The notes: generated by a model not told the origin, from the letters alone. 45,388 bases of DNA from Limisphaerales bacterium (GCA_044225505.1 JBGAIN010000049.1:1-45388); one strand, 5' to 3'. Positions 34,897 through 45,122 are shown, counted from the first letter of the stretch. Program-made: numbers and translations.

Positions 34897-37800
34897 ATGA
34901 CGGCGTTACCCATTGTTAGACGCGAACTCCGCATCTCGGCACGGAAGCCAGGAACTTACCGGGGCCGAGTCGTCGCGGCTTTGCTCCCGATTGGCGCCGT
35001 GGCGATCCTTTTGCCCGCGATGGCGGCCTTGCCATTCAACGGCCAAGGACGAATTCTTTTCACCGCCCTCTCGGCGTTTGTCTTTCTCTACGCGCTCTTC
35101 GCTGGCGTGCTCCTGACCGCGGATTGCCTAAGCGCCGAGAAGCGCGAAGGGACGATTGGCCTGCTCTTTCTCACGGACTTGGGAGGCTTTGATGTCGTCT
35201 TAGGAAAACTGGTCTCATCGTCCCTTTGTGCCTCCTACAATCTGATCGCGATTGTGCCGATGCTAGCGCTGGCGCAGTTGCTTGGAGGCGTAACGTTGGC
35301 TCAACTTGGTCTGGTCACCTTGGTGTTGCTTAACACCCTATTCTTCTCCTTATCAGCGGGCTTGTTTGTGTCGTCCATCAGCAGAGATGCTCGCAAAGCG
35401 TTTTACGCTACCATGGGGCTGACTTTACTGCTGGCGCTTGGCCCTTACACCATGGCCGTGATCTTTGCGATCTATCTTCCGGTGACGGCGCCGAGCCCAA
35501 CGGGCTTGGGCTTTCCGTTCGGTGTTTTGAACCCGACGGTGCTGGCGCCAAGCCCCATCCTCGCGTTTCATATCGCTCAATTGCCGCTCGGCTGGAAACT
35601 GGGGCGAATGAATTTCATCGAATCGGTAGCCTCAACGCATCTGTGCGGGTGGATCCTGCTCGGCGTTTCGGCCAGTGTGATTCGGGGCGTGCGGTTGGAA
35701 TCATCTCAAGGACCTGCCAGCTTAGCCTGGCGAGCCGTATGGAATCGGTGGAGTTTCGGCGCGGGTGGGGCCAGGCGCGCTTTCCGTGCACCCATGCTTG
35801 ACACCAATGCCTTTTACTGGCTGGCGGCGCGCGACCGGCTCAAAGCTCGGAGCGCTTGGCTGGTCGTGGGGACGCTCATCGTGCTCTGGTTTTGGGGCTG
35901 GCTGTTCCTGGGGCGTTTCATGTTCGACTGGGACAATTCGGTTGTCCTGCTGTTTCTGACCTTCCTGCTGTATAAACTGTGGGTCGCTTCCGAGGTTTGC
36001 ATGCGATTCGTCGAGGATCGCCAGTGCGGAGGCCTCGAACTCATTCTTTGTTCGCCGTTGGGATTGAAAGCGATTGCCCAGGGGCTCCTGAGGGCGCTCT
36101 GGCGCCAGTTCGGAAAGCCGCTGCTCGTGCTGGGGGCGTTCGCCCTGTTCCTAGGCTGGGGCGCGCTTCGCAGTTCGCACAGCAATATCTCCGAAGGGGA
36201 TTTGGTGTTTTTGTATCTGGCTGGCCTCATCGTTTTCATGGCGGACCTGATGACGCTCGCGTGGGCTGGGGTATATCAATCGGCGCGGCGATCGACTTTG
36301 AACCGCGCGCTGACTGCTACCTACACGCAAGTGTTGCTCGTGCCGTGGGTCATCTTTGGCATCGCCGAGATCTTTATACGCATCTGGGACGCCTTATTTC
36401 GGGGCTCGGGAACCGTGTTCAGCGAGAGCGTGTCCGCTTGGATGGGAATTTGCCTGCTCGTGGATCTGCTCGTGTGTTTCCATGCGGTCTGTTTCTTTTT
36501 CAGGAAGTTCCGGGAAACAGCAGCGCTGCCGGACCGCGCGACGAGCGCAACGCCGCCCGTGGTGGAGGTTCGTGTTCCTGCCGGAAAGCACCTGCCGGAA
36601 GAGGGAGCGGCACTGGACAAGTCGCTGGTCCGCGAGACACGATTCCGCCGCCGCTGGGGCTTGCGCCTGGGCATGGGTCTGGCCATCGTCCTGGTGGGCT
36701 TGGCTTTTTGGCTGGGTTTTCGACGCCACGCGGCAGCCCGTCAGGTGGGGTTGCAGTTGGCCAAGATTCGCGCGGCGGGGGAGCCCGTCACCAAGGCCGA
36801 ATTCTATCCGTGGTTAGCCTTGACTCCCGGGGCTCCAGCGATCGAGCTTCCCGTTCAGCCCGTCGTTCCAGTTGCTCCGACCCTCGGCACGAACGGGGGT
36901 TTCTCCAGAGTCCGATGGCCCGACTGGCCCGGGCGGAGCGGGCCGCTGAATCTGGCGATGCGATCGTTCCTGGAACGATGGATGGCGGCCAACGGTGCCG
37001 CGCTGCAACTCCCACGAATCCGTGCCGGTTTGAAAGGTCGCTCGCTGCCCATCGACTGGTCAGGTCCGAGCTGGGGGGTCGGAAACCAGATCCGAGCGTT
37101 CTTCGGGGATTTCCAGTCGTGGCGATGGGAAGCCCTTTCATATCTGGAAACAGGTCAAGTGACGGAAGCCGTGGAACTGACTCAAGGCTTGCTCGACTGG
37201 GCAAGACTCGTGGGGGAGCAGCCGGCGATCGAGGCGTTCTACATAAGAAACGCCATCCTCGCTGTCGCCGTCCATGTTTTGGAGCGAATGCTCAATTCGT
37301 CGGCCCTGTCTGACGCGCTGCTTCGCTCGCTGCGGACAAGCTTTGAGGAAGCCGATCAAAACGTCGGGCTCGCATTGCAGCGTGCCATCACTGGTCAGCG
37401 TTGCCTGGATATCGTCGCTTACCGGTCAGGCGATCTCAACCAACTCAATCCAGGCGGCACCGTGCCCGCGGGCTGGCCAGCCATCCTCATGGGCGGGCTC
37501 AATGCGGCTCGAAACATTTCCGGAAAGGGTGACGAAGAACTTTCTTACTATTTGAGTGCCATGGACGATCAACTGCGACTCGCCCAATCCCTGAGCCAAT
37601 CGAATGGAGAGGGGAATTGGATGGCTCGCCTCTCCGTGTCCAGGGTTCGGCGCGACTATCCTCCGTGGAACCTGGCCAATCGATTTTTGGACCCTTGGGC
37701 CGATGTCTTTGTGCAGCGGGTGGAGCAGGCCGCCAGACTCCGAGTGACCGAATCGGCCTTGGCGGTCGAACGCTTTCGGTTGGCCACCGGCCAATTCCCT

Positions 37801-38007
37801 CGTGGTTTGCAGCAACTCGTTCCCGAGTTTCTGCCCCGTGTTCCGATCGACCCGTTCGACGGAGCCCCGTTGCGTTTCCGGTTGCGCGAGCGCGGCTATG
37901 TCGTCTACAGCATTGGAATGGACCGGAACGATGACCAAGGCGCGGAACGATCTTCGACCGGACGAGCTGTCTCAGGCTGGGATATCACCTTCACGGTCGA
38001 ACGCTGA
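34897..38007 (+). CDS. ABC-2-type permease fused to a helical domain with GspG-like C-terminal motif
   Basis: LPIVRRELR, ADCLSAEKREGTIGLLFLT, VVLGKL, second half EDRQCGGLELILCSPL; C-terminal domain IRAAGEPVT..ALAVERFRLATGQFPRGLQQLVPEFL..DPFDGAPLRF..YSIGMDRNDDQG. Confidence 0.88.
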   Translation: MTALPIVRRELRISARKPGTYRGRVVAALLPIGAVAILLPAMAALPFNGQGRILFTALSAFVFLYALFAGVLLTADCLSAEKREGTIGLLFLTDLGGFDVVLGKLVSSSLCASYNLIAIVPMLALAQLLGGVTLAQLGLVTLVLLNTLFFSLSAGLFVSSISRDARKAFYATMGLTLLLALGPYTMAVIFAIYLPVTAPSPTGLGFPFGVLNPTVLAPSPILAFHIAQLPLGWKLGRMNFIESVASTHLCGWILLGVSASVIRGVRLESSQGPASLAWRAVWNRWSFGAGGARRAFRAPMLDTNAFYWLAARDRLKARSAWLVVGTLIVLWFWGWLFLGRFMFDWDNSVVLLFLTFLLYKLWVASEVCMRFVEDRQCGGLELILCSPLGLKAIAQGLLRALWRQFGKPLLVLGAFALFLGWGALRSSHSNISEGDLVFLYLAGLIVFMADLMTLAWAGVYQSARRSTLNRALTATYTQVLLVPWVIFGIAEIFIRIWDALFRGSGTVFSESVSAWMGICLLVDLLVCFHAVCFFFRKFRETAALPDRATSATPPVVEVRVPAGKHLPEEGAALDKSLVRETRFRRRWGLRLGMGLAIVLVGLAFWLGFRRHAAARQVGLQLAKIRAAGEPVTKAEFYPWLALTPGAPAIELPVQPVVPVAPTLGTNGGFSRVRWPDWPGRSGPLNLAMRSFLERWMAANGAALQLPRIRAGLKGRSLPIDWSGPSWGVGNQIRAFFGDFQSWRWEALSYLETGQVTEAVELTQGLLDWARLVGEQPAIEAFYIRNAILAVAVHVLERMLNSSALSDALLRSLRTSFEEADQNVGLALQRAITGQRCLDIVAYRSGDLNQLNPGGTVPAGWPAILMGGLNAARNISGKGDEELSYYLSAMDDQLRLAQSLSQSNGEGNWMARLSVSRVRRDYPPWNLANRFLDPWADVFVQRVEQAARLRVTESALAVERFRLATGQFPRGLQQLVPEFLPRVPIDPFDGAPLRFRLRERGYVVYSIGMDRNDDQGAERSSTGRAVSGWDITFTVER

Positions 38008-38066
38008 AACGGGTCCTTTTTCACGGACTGGTTCCTTTAATCTGGCAAGGTGCGCGCTGGAAAAAA

Positions 38067-39212
38067 TTACGGTTTGACCACCCGATAGGTGCGATTGGGA
38101 TGGCCCTGTTCGTTTAACTCGCATTGGGCCGTCGACCCGGTGGCATGGACCGTTGTCAGCGTCTTCCAGGCCGTCAAATTCTCGCTCCCCTGGACTTGAT
38201 AACTTTGGCCTGACTCCGCGTTGAATCGGAACGAAAAGACTTGTCCCTGTCGTGAAGGTTGAAAAAGTGTTATGACGCCGTCTGGCTGCGTCGTTAACGG
38301 AGCTGATTGCACAATGGTGCCAAATCGTCCGACCGCAACGAACGTTTTGTTCCCGTAGGTGACACCGTAGAGAGCGTTCGTGGTCGGACTGGGGCGTAAT
38401 GTCCAATCGGCGCCGTCGCGAGAACTCAGGATCGTTCCGTCCCAGCCGACCGTCACGAAAGTGCGGTTGCCGTATTCCACATCCCAGAGCGTATTTTCGG
38501 TTCCCGTCGTGCGCGGAGTCCACGTGTCGCCGTCGGGAGAAGTCGCAATCGCGCCTCGGTCTCCCGCGATCACGAATACGCCGTCACCATAGGCCGCGCC
38601 ATTCAGTGATTCAGACGTTTTCGGATCGCGCGGCGTCCATTCAGCGCCGTCGGTCGAGGTAAACAGCGCCGCCGCGTAAGTATCGGAGTCCCATCCGACG
38701 CCAACAAACTTTCCATTGCCGTAAGTTAGTCCGTCCATGACCTGGGGAAAAGGCTGCGTGCGGAAGGTCCAACTCTCGCCGGTCGAGGAGCTAACCAAGA
38801 AACGCGAGCCAGCAAAGAGGTATTGCCCATTGCCATACGTTCCGCAAAACAAGGATCCCAGTGTCCCGCTGAGTGCTGGCTGCCAGCTCACGCCGTTGGT
38901 TGAGGTAAGGATCAGGCGATCTGCACCTCCGATCACGAACCGTCCGTTGGCGAATATGACCGTGTGGAGATCTCTCGTTGTCACTTTCGGTGCGGCTTCC
39001 CAGTTCGCTCCATCGGTCGAATACAGAATCGTGCCTTCGTCGCCGACGGCGACAAAGCGGTCTTGGCCGTAGATCACATTGTTTAGGTAATTGGTGTTCG
39101 CGCGCGGAGTCCGGAGTTGCCATGTGTCCAAAGAATCGGCTGCCGTCGCTCCGACCAGGCTGCGAAAAGCCAGAAACAGGAGTATCAAGTGCCTGGAAAA
39201 TTCCAGAGCCAT
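38067..39212 (-). CDS. Secreted beta-propeller/BNR-like repeat protein with RFYR-type C-terminal module
   Basis: Repeated L..V.YGNG.FVAVG..GTIL.S.DG..W units; tail FRFNAESGQSYQVQGSENLTAW..NRTYRVV. Confidence 0.88.
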   Translation of the reverse strand: MALEFSRHLILLFLAFRSLVGATAADSLDTWQLRTPRANTNYLNNVIYGQDRFVAVGDEGTILYSTDGANWEAAPKVTTRDLHTVIFANGRFVIGGADRLILTSTNGVSWQPALSGTLGSLFCGTYGNGQYLFAGSRFLVSSSTGESWTFRTQPFPQVMDGLTYGNGKFVGVGWDSDTYAAALFTSTDGAEWTPRDPKTSESLNGAAYGDGVFVIAGDRGAIATSPDGDTWTPRTTGTENTLWDVEYGNRTFVTVGWDGTILSSRDGADWTLRPSPTTNALYGVTYGNKTFVAVGRFGTIVQSAPLTTQPDGVITLFQPSRQGQVFSFRFNAESGQSYQVQGSENLTAWKTLTTVHATGSTAQCELNEQGHPNRTYRVVKP

Positions 39213-39534
39213 GCTCCTGGGTGGAAACGCAGTACGACTTGGGCAGCCAGCGGTTAATCTCATTCCCTTAACTCTTAGCGATCGATGTCCGGAGCGCTAT
39301 ACTACTTCCGAACTACAGACAGGCGTGCGGGATGGGATGGAATCTCCGGGTCTCACATCGTTTGGCATCCTTCCGAAGGCTCCAGTTGGACAGCTTTCAG
39401 TAGAATCTCGAACTCGTTACACGCGCTGAAAGGCTTAACACTCTCCTCCGATTCCTTGAAGAAAGTGATCAGTTTCCGTCCTTATTCGCCGTTCCGACGG
39501 AGAAAACGTACGATCCTAACAACCAAGGAGAGCG

Positions 39535-40233
39535 ATGAAGCATCAATTCAAAAAAATAGGTTGGGCTGCTGCCGTCTTGGCCGTCGTTAGCGGCCTCACC
39601 CCTAGCGGGTTAGCCACTAGCTTTACTTTTAACACGGACCCATTCGCGGGTACGACCGCCCTGACCACCCCTGGACGGCAAGTCGTCGCTGGCGAAAGCT
39701 TCATTTCATTCTCGCCGGCCACGGACACGTTCGTGTTTGACCCGTCGGTGTTCGGTGTGGCCAGTCCGCTCACCTTTGCCAACGTTCCGATCAGTAGTTT
39801 GCCGACGACTGGGGCCAACGTGGTGGTTCTGGAGACGTTCGATAACGATGCCAACACGGCTACACCCTTTGGCGCCGGTCAAGCGGCGGATTTGATCGCT
39901 GCACAGGTCACAGTACCGGGCCCGGGTTTCTTTATTTATTTCAATAGCGGTCTGGACCGGCCGCGGTTGGTGTATTCCAAGGACTTGAACGACAACACGG
40001 CTGATCTGAAGATTCTTGCGCGCTTGTTGAACCTTACAGGGCAGATTGGCCGAGATACCCTGCCGACATTCACCCCGGCCAATTTCACGTTGACCACCGA
40101 TTCGAGTGGTGGCGGTTCGGGGAGTGGCGCGTCCACCGTCCCGGACACTTCGAGCAACATCGCGTTGGCGGTTGTTGCCGTCGCTCTCTTTGGGTGCTGG
40201 GAACGTCTCCGTCGCGCGCCATCCGACTGCTAG
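39535..40233 (+). CDS. VPDSG-CTERM-like exosortase-target surface protein
   Basis: AAGGAG RBS, signal peptide, Gly/Ser linker, VPDTSSNIALAVVAVALFG..RLRR. Confidence 0.85.
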   Translation: MKHQFKKIGWAAAVLAVVSGLTPSGLATSFTFNTDPFAGTTALTTPGRQVVAGESFISFSPATDTFVFDPSVFGVASPLTFANVPISSLPTTGANVVVLETFDNDANTATPFGAGQAADLIAAQVTVPGPGFFIYFNSGLDRPRLVYSKDLNDNTADLKILARLLNLTGQIGRDTLPTFTPANFTLTTDSSGGGSGSGASTVPDTSSNIALAVVAVALFGCWERLRRAPSDC

Positions 40234-40421
40234 GAAGCGGTCGGCGACCGAAGCGGTGAAAGTAGCGCGAGCCTAGGTCTCCGGTTGAGGGAGGGAACTT
40301 CCGAACCGGACGAGACATGGCGTCGTCATCGGGTCAGGCAAACGCCGAGGCCAGATACGAAGCGCCTGACATTCACCCGCGGGATTTTGGCGCCGCCAAA
40401 TTAACCAGAGCGAGCTGACAG

Positions 40422-41297
40422 CTAAAGCCACCGGCGCACTTTGGCTTTATAAGCGGGAAAGTCCCGAGGAAACAGCGACGTGAGAGCTCGCTCCTCCGAC
40501 TGGATCTGAAAGCGGTTCATGTAAATGACGAACCCAGGAATCAGGGCTATCGCCAGAACGTTGCCCAGATAGACACCCCACCCAAGCAGCGTGAGCAACA
40601 GGCCGAGATACATTGGGTTCCGGGTAAACCGGTAGATGCCAGACACAACTAACGAGGAGGCCGAACCGGGCAAGGTCGGATTGAGCGTGGTCTTCGCCCT
40701 CCGGAAAGAAAAAACCCCGGCGCTGGCAATTGCCAACCCAGCCAAAGCCAAGGCCCTCGCCATAGGCCCGCGAAATGGAAAATGGAGAGTCCAGAGCGCT
40801 GACACGCCAGAAATGAACCACATGAATCCAGCCACAAAGGCGCAGACCAGGACCGGTGGAATTCGTAACTCCAGTCGGGTCTCCGTGGGAGGAACCTTGG
40901 CTCTGGCGTCGAGACTCGAGTCTTTGAGTAGAAACGCGAGAACCGCTGCGGCCACCCCGTCGTAAGCGAGGCAAAAGGCTGGCCACCACTCGGGCACGCC
41001 CCGATTTACCACGAGTTGACCATGCACAAAATCAAAGATGCCGTGCCCCGCCAGTCCTGCGACGATGAACCACAAGCTGGTTTTAAATCCGATGAAGGCT
41101 GTAAGCAGGAATAGAGTGACGATCAGGCATTCGACGATGAGGGCGTGGGTCGAGCCGCTCATCACCGCAAAGAGCACGTAATACGTTGCAATGACCGCCA
41201 ATACCAAGGGATAGAAGACTCGGTCCCGGTCAAATCCTGATACTCGCGCCAGGACAGAAACGAAAACGGCGAGAAAGATGCCTGTGAGATATGCGAT
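40422..41297 (-). CDS. Membrane protein fused to an isoprenylcysteine carboxylmethyltransferase (ICMT/PEMT)-family domain
   Basis: C-terminal half LELRIPP..FRRAKTTLNP..LVVSGIYRFTRNPMYLG..EERAL..YKAKVRRWL. N-terminal half continues upstream of the called start to an ATC at 41297 (IAYLTGIFLAV..FDRDRVFYP). Confidence 0.75.
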   Translation of the reverse strand: MAYLTGIFLAVFVSVLARVSGFDRDRVFYPLVLAVIATYYVLFAVMSGSTHALIVECLIVTLFLLTAFIGFKTSLWFIVAGLAGHGIFDFVHGQLVVNRGVPEWWPAFCLAYDGVAAAVLAFLLKDSSLDARAKVPPTETRLELRIPPVLVCAFVAGFMWFISGVSALWTLHFPFRGPMARALALAGLAIASAGVFSFRRAKTTLNPTLPGSASSLVVSGIYRFTRNPMYLGLLLTLLGWGVYLGNVLAIALIPGFVIYMNRFQIQSEERALTSLFPRDFPAYKAKVRRWL

Positions 41298-41734
41298 CTG
41301 GGAACTGTAACGAGCGCTCGGAACGCCGCAAATAAAAAACCGATGGAACGGTCTGCGTCAACCGTTTCGACATGCGTCGATATCGCTGTACAGAGCTCAC
41401 GTGGTTGCATTCCTCGGATTCGGGTTGGTTTCACCCAACGACAGGTGCCAGTCAGCTACAGTTGAGCGAGTTAACTCTATCGGATAAAGGCTACGGCTGG
41501 AAGACGAGTGTCCGTCATCGGGACACTTCAGGGAGCGCTAGCCTTGGTTGTTGCGTGGTTTTTCGCAAAATTATGACCCGATCTGGAGGGGTAATCCTTA
41601 AAGCCCTTCAAAAAGGCAGAGGGTGCTGTTCCCGTGCCGTCCCCAGGACAAAATCTCTCGTGCAACGCCCCTCACCACGGGAAAATCGGGTTTGAAGGAC
41701 GTTTGGCATTGCCTTTGCACGCAGAAAACGTGGC

Positions 41735-44170
41735 ATGGTTCCCGAACGCGCGCTTTATTCTGGGTTTTGGACGAGGCTAGGGATGGTCTGGCCTTTGATG
41801 ATGGCCTCCTTTCTAGCTCACGGTGCTTCCTTGACCAACCCTATTCTGTTCGTCACCCAGGTTCCTATTGCCGATGATTTCACCACCATCGCTGCGGTCT
41901 TTGGCAATCATAAGCCGGGCGTGGAATCAACCGGCCGCGGCGGCGACCTCTACATTCGCTATCCGGATGGCACATTGCGCAACCTCACCGCCGAAGCCGG
42001 CTTTGGCAACGAAGGTTTCCAGGGGGCCAAGAGCATTGCGGTGCGCGATCCGGCGGTGGATTGGTCAGGAAAAAAAGCCGTGTTCAGCATGGTGGTGGGC
42101 GCCGCGACGAGTCAATGGCAGGTCACGAGCAATGTCTGGCAGCTTTACGAAATCACAGGGTTTGGAAAAGGGGAAGTGCCAGCGATCGTCAAAGTCGCGC
42201 ACCAGCCGTCGAGTTTCAACAATATTAGCCCATGCTACGGCTCGGACGGGCGCATTCTCTTTACGAGTGATCGGCCACGGAACGGCGAGGCCCATCTCTA
42301 TCCACAACTGGACGAATACGAGCTTGCTCCCACGGTCTCCGGTCTGTGGAGCCTTGACCCGAACACAGGAGATTTGTTTCAGCTGGACCACTCGCCTTCC
42401 GGCGCCTTTACGCCGACGGTCGACAGTTTTGGCAGAGTAATCTTTACACGTTGGGATCATCTCCAACGCGACCAGGAAGCCGATGCGGATGCCGACGCGG
42501 TGGCCCAGGGAGAACAAGTTCCCTACGGCACTTTCAACTACGCCGATGAAACGGCGAACGCGCTCATTCTAGTTGGCAACCGGACGGAAGTGTTTCCGGA
42601 ACCTCGATCTGTGGAAGGCCGAGTGAACCGGCATACCTTCAATCATTTCCTGCCTTGGATGATCAACCAGGATGGCACCGAGGCGGAGACGTTGAATCAC
42701 GTAGGGCGTCATGAATTGGTGGGTTACTTGGAACAGAGTTTCCTGGATGATCCCAACTTAACGACTTTCTACAATATCGCCGCCCGCTTTAACACCAATC
42801 GCACGGAAAATCTGCTGCAATTGAAGGAGGATCCTCAACATCCGGGGTTGTACTACGGAATTGACGCTCCAGAGTTTTCCACTCACGCCTCCGGACAAAT
42901 TGTGACCCTCGCTGGTGCACCTGGCCTCGACGCCGATCGGATGAAGATCGATTACATCACTCATCCCGAAACAAAAAGCTATTCGGCGACGCCCTCGCCT
43001 AATCATTCGGGTCACTACCGTGAACCTGTTCCGCTAAGCGATGGCCTCCTGATCGCGGTCCACACCTTCGCGACCAACTCAGAAACGCGTCGCGGCGTTG
43101 GCTCAGATTACGCATTTCGAGTCAAAACTCTGAAACCCTTGCCGCAGTCACGATATTGGGGCCCGGACGAGAACCTGACCCCCGGGGTCACTAAGTCGAT
43201 TAGCTACTGGGCCAACGGCGCTATGCTGAACTACTCCGGGCCGCTCTGGGAGCTCAATCCGGTGGAAGTGCGGGCCCGCCCGGCGCCTCGAGCGGGAAAG
43301 ACGCCGCTCGGTGCGCCCGAGCAGCAGGTGTTTACCGAGGAAGGCGTTTCCGTAAGCGACTTGGAGGGATACTTACGATCTAACCGGTTGGCTCTGGTGG
43401 TTAGCCGCAACCTGACGTCGCGCGATCATGCGGACCGGCAGCAACCCTTTAATCTCCGTGTCGCTGGGACCGCGACGCAAACCCTCGGCGCAGAGGGGAA
43501 AGTTTATGACATTCGTTATCTGCAGTTCTTTCAAGGCGATCAGGTGCGAGGCTTCGGATTGGTCAGAAAACAAGACTCGCCCAGGGCGGGGCGCCGAGTG
43601 CTGGCCCAGCCGCTGCATGAGTCCGCCGCGTTGACTAGTTCGCTGATGGCGTCCGCTGGTCCGGTCGGCAGCGTGCAGCTTGGCGACGATGGATCGATGG
43701 CGGCTTTCGTTCCAGCCCAACGCGCTTTAACCTGGCAGCTGACGGACCCGGGCGGGACGCCTGTAGTCCGAGAGAGGTTTTGGGTCACTTTCCAACCCGG
43801 TGAGATACGGACTTGCGCGTCGTGTCATGGGGTCAACGAGCGCGACCAGGCCAATCAGCCTGCGCCTGTGAACAAGCCCGAGGCGCTTCGGGCTCTGTTG
43901 CGCCATTGGAAAGCTTCTGGCTTGAGCGGAACGTCTGGAGAAACGCCGAAGATCACTTCGATCGCCTGGACGGAAAACGCCCAATTCCGAATTCAACTTC
44001 GGGGTCGTCCCACGACCCAGCATCTCATCCAATCGACTCGCGATCTGGTCACCTGGACGACGATCGGAACGAACACCACAAGTCTCAGCGGGACGCTGGA
44101 CTTTGAAAGCCCCAGCAACGACCTTGCGGAACGGTGGCGCTTTTATCGTGTGGTCGCGCCGTCGCCTTGA
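41735..44170 (+). CDS. HzsA (hydrazine synthase alpha subunit)-related beta-propeller protein with one CxxCH and RFYR-type C-terminal module
   Basis: ILFVTQVP, RDPAVDWSGKKAVFSM, DGRILFTSDR, GRVIFTRWDH, INQDGT, DGSMAAFVPA, QPGEIRTCASCH (43814-43828). Start may be downstream of 41735. Confidence 0.8.
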   Translation: MVPERALYSGFWTRLGMVWPLMMASFLAHGASLTNPILFVTQVPIADDFTTIAAVFGNHKPGVESTGRGGDLYIRYPDGTLRNLTAEAGFGNEGFQGAKSIAVRDPAVDWSGKKAVFSMVVGAATSQWQVTSNVWQLYEITGFGKGEVPAIVKVAHQPSSFNNISPCYGSDGRILFTSDRPRNGEAHLYPQLDEYELAPTVSGLWSLDPNTGDLFQLDHSPSGAFTPTVDSFGRVIFTRWDHLQRDQEADADADAVAQGEQVPYGTFNYADETANALILVGNRTEVFPEPRSVEGRVNRHTFNHFLPWMINQDGTEAETLNHVGRHELVGYLEQSFLDDPNLTTFYNIAARFNTNRTENLLQLKEDPQHPGLYYGIDAPEFSTHASGQIVTLAGAPGLDADRMKIDYITHPETKSYSATPSPNHSGHYREPVPLSDGLLIAVHTFATNSETRRGVGSDYAFRVKTLKPLPQSRYWGPDENLTPGVTKSISYWANGAMLNYSGPLWELNPVEVRARPAPRAGKTPLGAPEQQVFTEEGVSVSDLEGYLRSNRLALVVSRNLTSRDHADRQQPFNLRVAGTATQTLGAEGKVYDIRYLQFFQGDQVRGFGLVRKQDSPRAGRRVLAQPLHESAALTSSLMASAGPVGSVQLGDDGSMAAFVPAQRALTWQLTDPGGTPVVRERFWVTFQPGEIRTCASCHGVNERDQANQPAPVNKPEALRALLRHWKASGLSGTSGETPKITSIAWTENAQFRIQLRGRPTTQHLIQSTRDLVTWTTIGTNTTSLSGTLDFESPSNDLAERWRFYRVVAPSP

Positions 44171-44192
44171 GCGTGCTGCAAGCCTGCACTAC
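44171..44192 (-). repeat. GTAG-type REP-like element (degenerate)
   Basis: Reverse complement GTAGTGCAGGCTTGCAGCACGC directly after a stop codon. Confidence 0.4.
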
Positions 44193-44406
44193 AGGCTGGC
44201 GAAGAAGTGAGGCGGGCAGAAGCAGGATGGCGCCGCGATAGTCCTAGCGATCAGGTGGCTTCTTCTCGTCGTAAGCAGTATGGCAAAACTTTCTTGGAAT
44301 TGTCATTTGGAAGATCCCTCGATCAGTGGCAGATTACCCTAGGCCCGTGATCCGCGATCACGAGTCGCAGCAAGGAGAGCGCAATCATCAAAATGAAAGG
44401 TTATTT

Positions 44407-44994
44407 ATGAAGAATCATTCTTATGAGGGCACAACCACCGCGACGGTTCGAGAGCCAAGTCTAAAATCTGCCAGCAGTGCCTCTCATGCCAGTGGCGATA
44501 TGGAAGAGATGATGAAAAAAGCGCAAGCCGCTGGCGCGCCTGGTCCGGAACATAAGGCCCTTGACCAATTCGTTGGGACTTGGAGGTGCGACGTTAAGTG
44601 CTGGATGGACCCCGATGGTCAGCCGGAGGAAAGTCAAGGGACGGCCGAGGTGAGCTGGATTATGAATGGCCGCTTTCTTCAGGAAGAGTTTGCCGGCGAG
44701 ATGATGGGTAAACCTTTTCATGGCCGCACGCTGTTTGGTTACAACAAGGTCAAAGGGATCTATCAGAGTGTTTGGATCGATGACATGAACACATCGATGT
44801 TCACGAGCGAAGGCAAAGGAAGTAAAGAGTTGATCACGCTGGAAGGCAAAAGCTCGTGTCCCGCGACGGGTCGCGCGGATATCCCCATGAAATTGGTCTT
44901 CCGGATTTCCGGGCCCGATTCGCACACCTTGGAGATGTTCGATGGAAGCAAAGGCGGCGCGAAGACCATGGAAATCGTCTATTCCCGGCAGTAG
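44407..44994 (+). CDS. DUF1579 domain protein
   Basis: PGPEHKALDQFVGTW, WMDP, GRFLQEEF..MMGKPFHG, SVWIDDMNT, KTMEIVYSR. Confidence 0.85.
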   Translation: MKNHSYEGTTTATVREPSLKSASSASHASGDMEEMMKKAQAAGAPGPEHKALDQFVGTWRCDVKCWMDPDGQPEESQGTAEVSWIMNGRFLQEEFAGEMMGKPFHGRTLFGYNKVKGIYQSVWIDDMNTSMFTSEGKGSKELITLEGKSSCPATGRADIPMKLVFRISGPDSHTLEMFDGSKGGAKTMEIVYSRQ

Positions 44995-45110
44995 GGCGTT
45001 CCTCATGCGGTGCGGCGCCAAGGCCAGGTGGCCTTGCTCCGCAGTGTCTCCGTCCGGATGGGGTAGGCAGCGGAGCAGCGCCATGTAGGCGAGGGGACGC
45101 GTTGCCTTAA
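44991..45110. repeat. Degenerate GTAG-type REP-like doublet between convergent genes
   Basis: GTAGGGCGTTCCTC ... GAGGGGACGCGTTGCCTTA imperfect inverted pair with internal GC stems. Confidence 0.3.
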
Positions 45111-45122
45111 AGGGCCGGGGTG

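Noticed and set aside
35979..37313. Long alternative-frame and antisense ORFs (also 3981-4823, 18375-19505, 22031-22774)
   Set aside because: They overlap well-supported genes and lack motifs; expected shadows in GC-rich DNA.
41735..44170. Anammox hydrazine synthase
   Set aside because: No beta/gamma subunit genes, a single haem motif, and a non-anammox genomic context.
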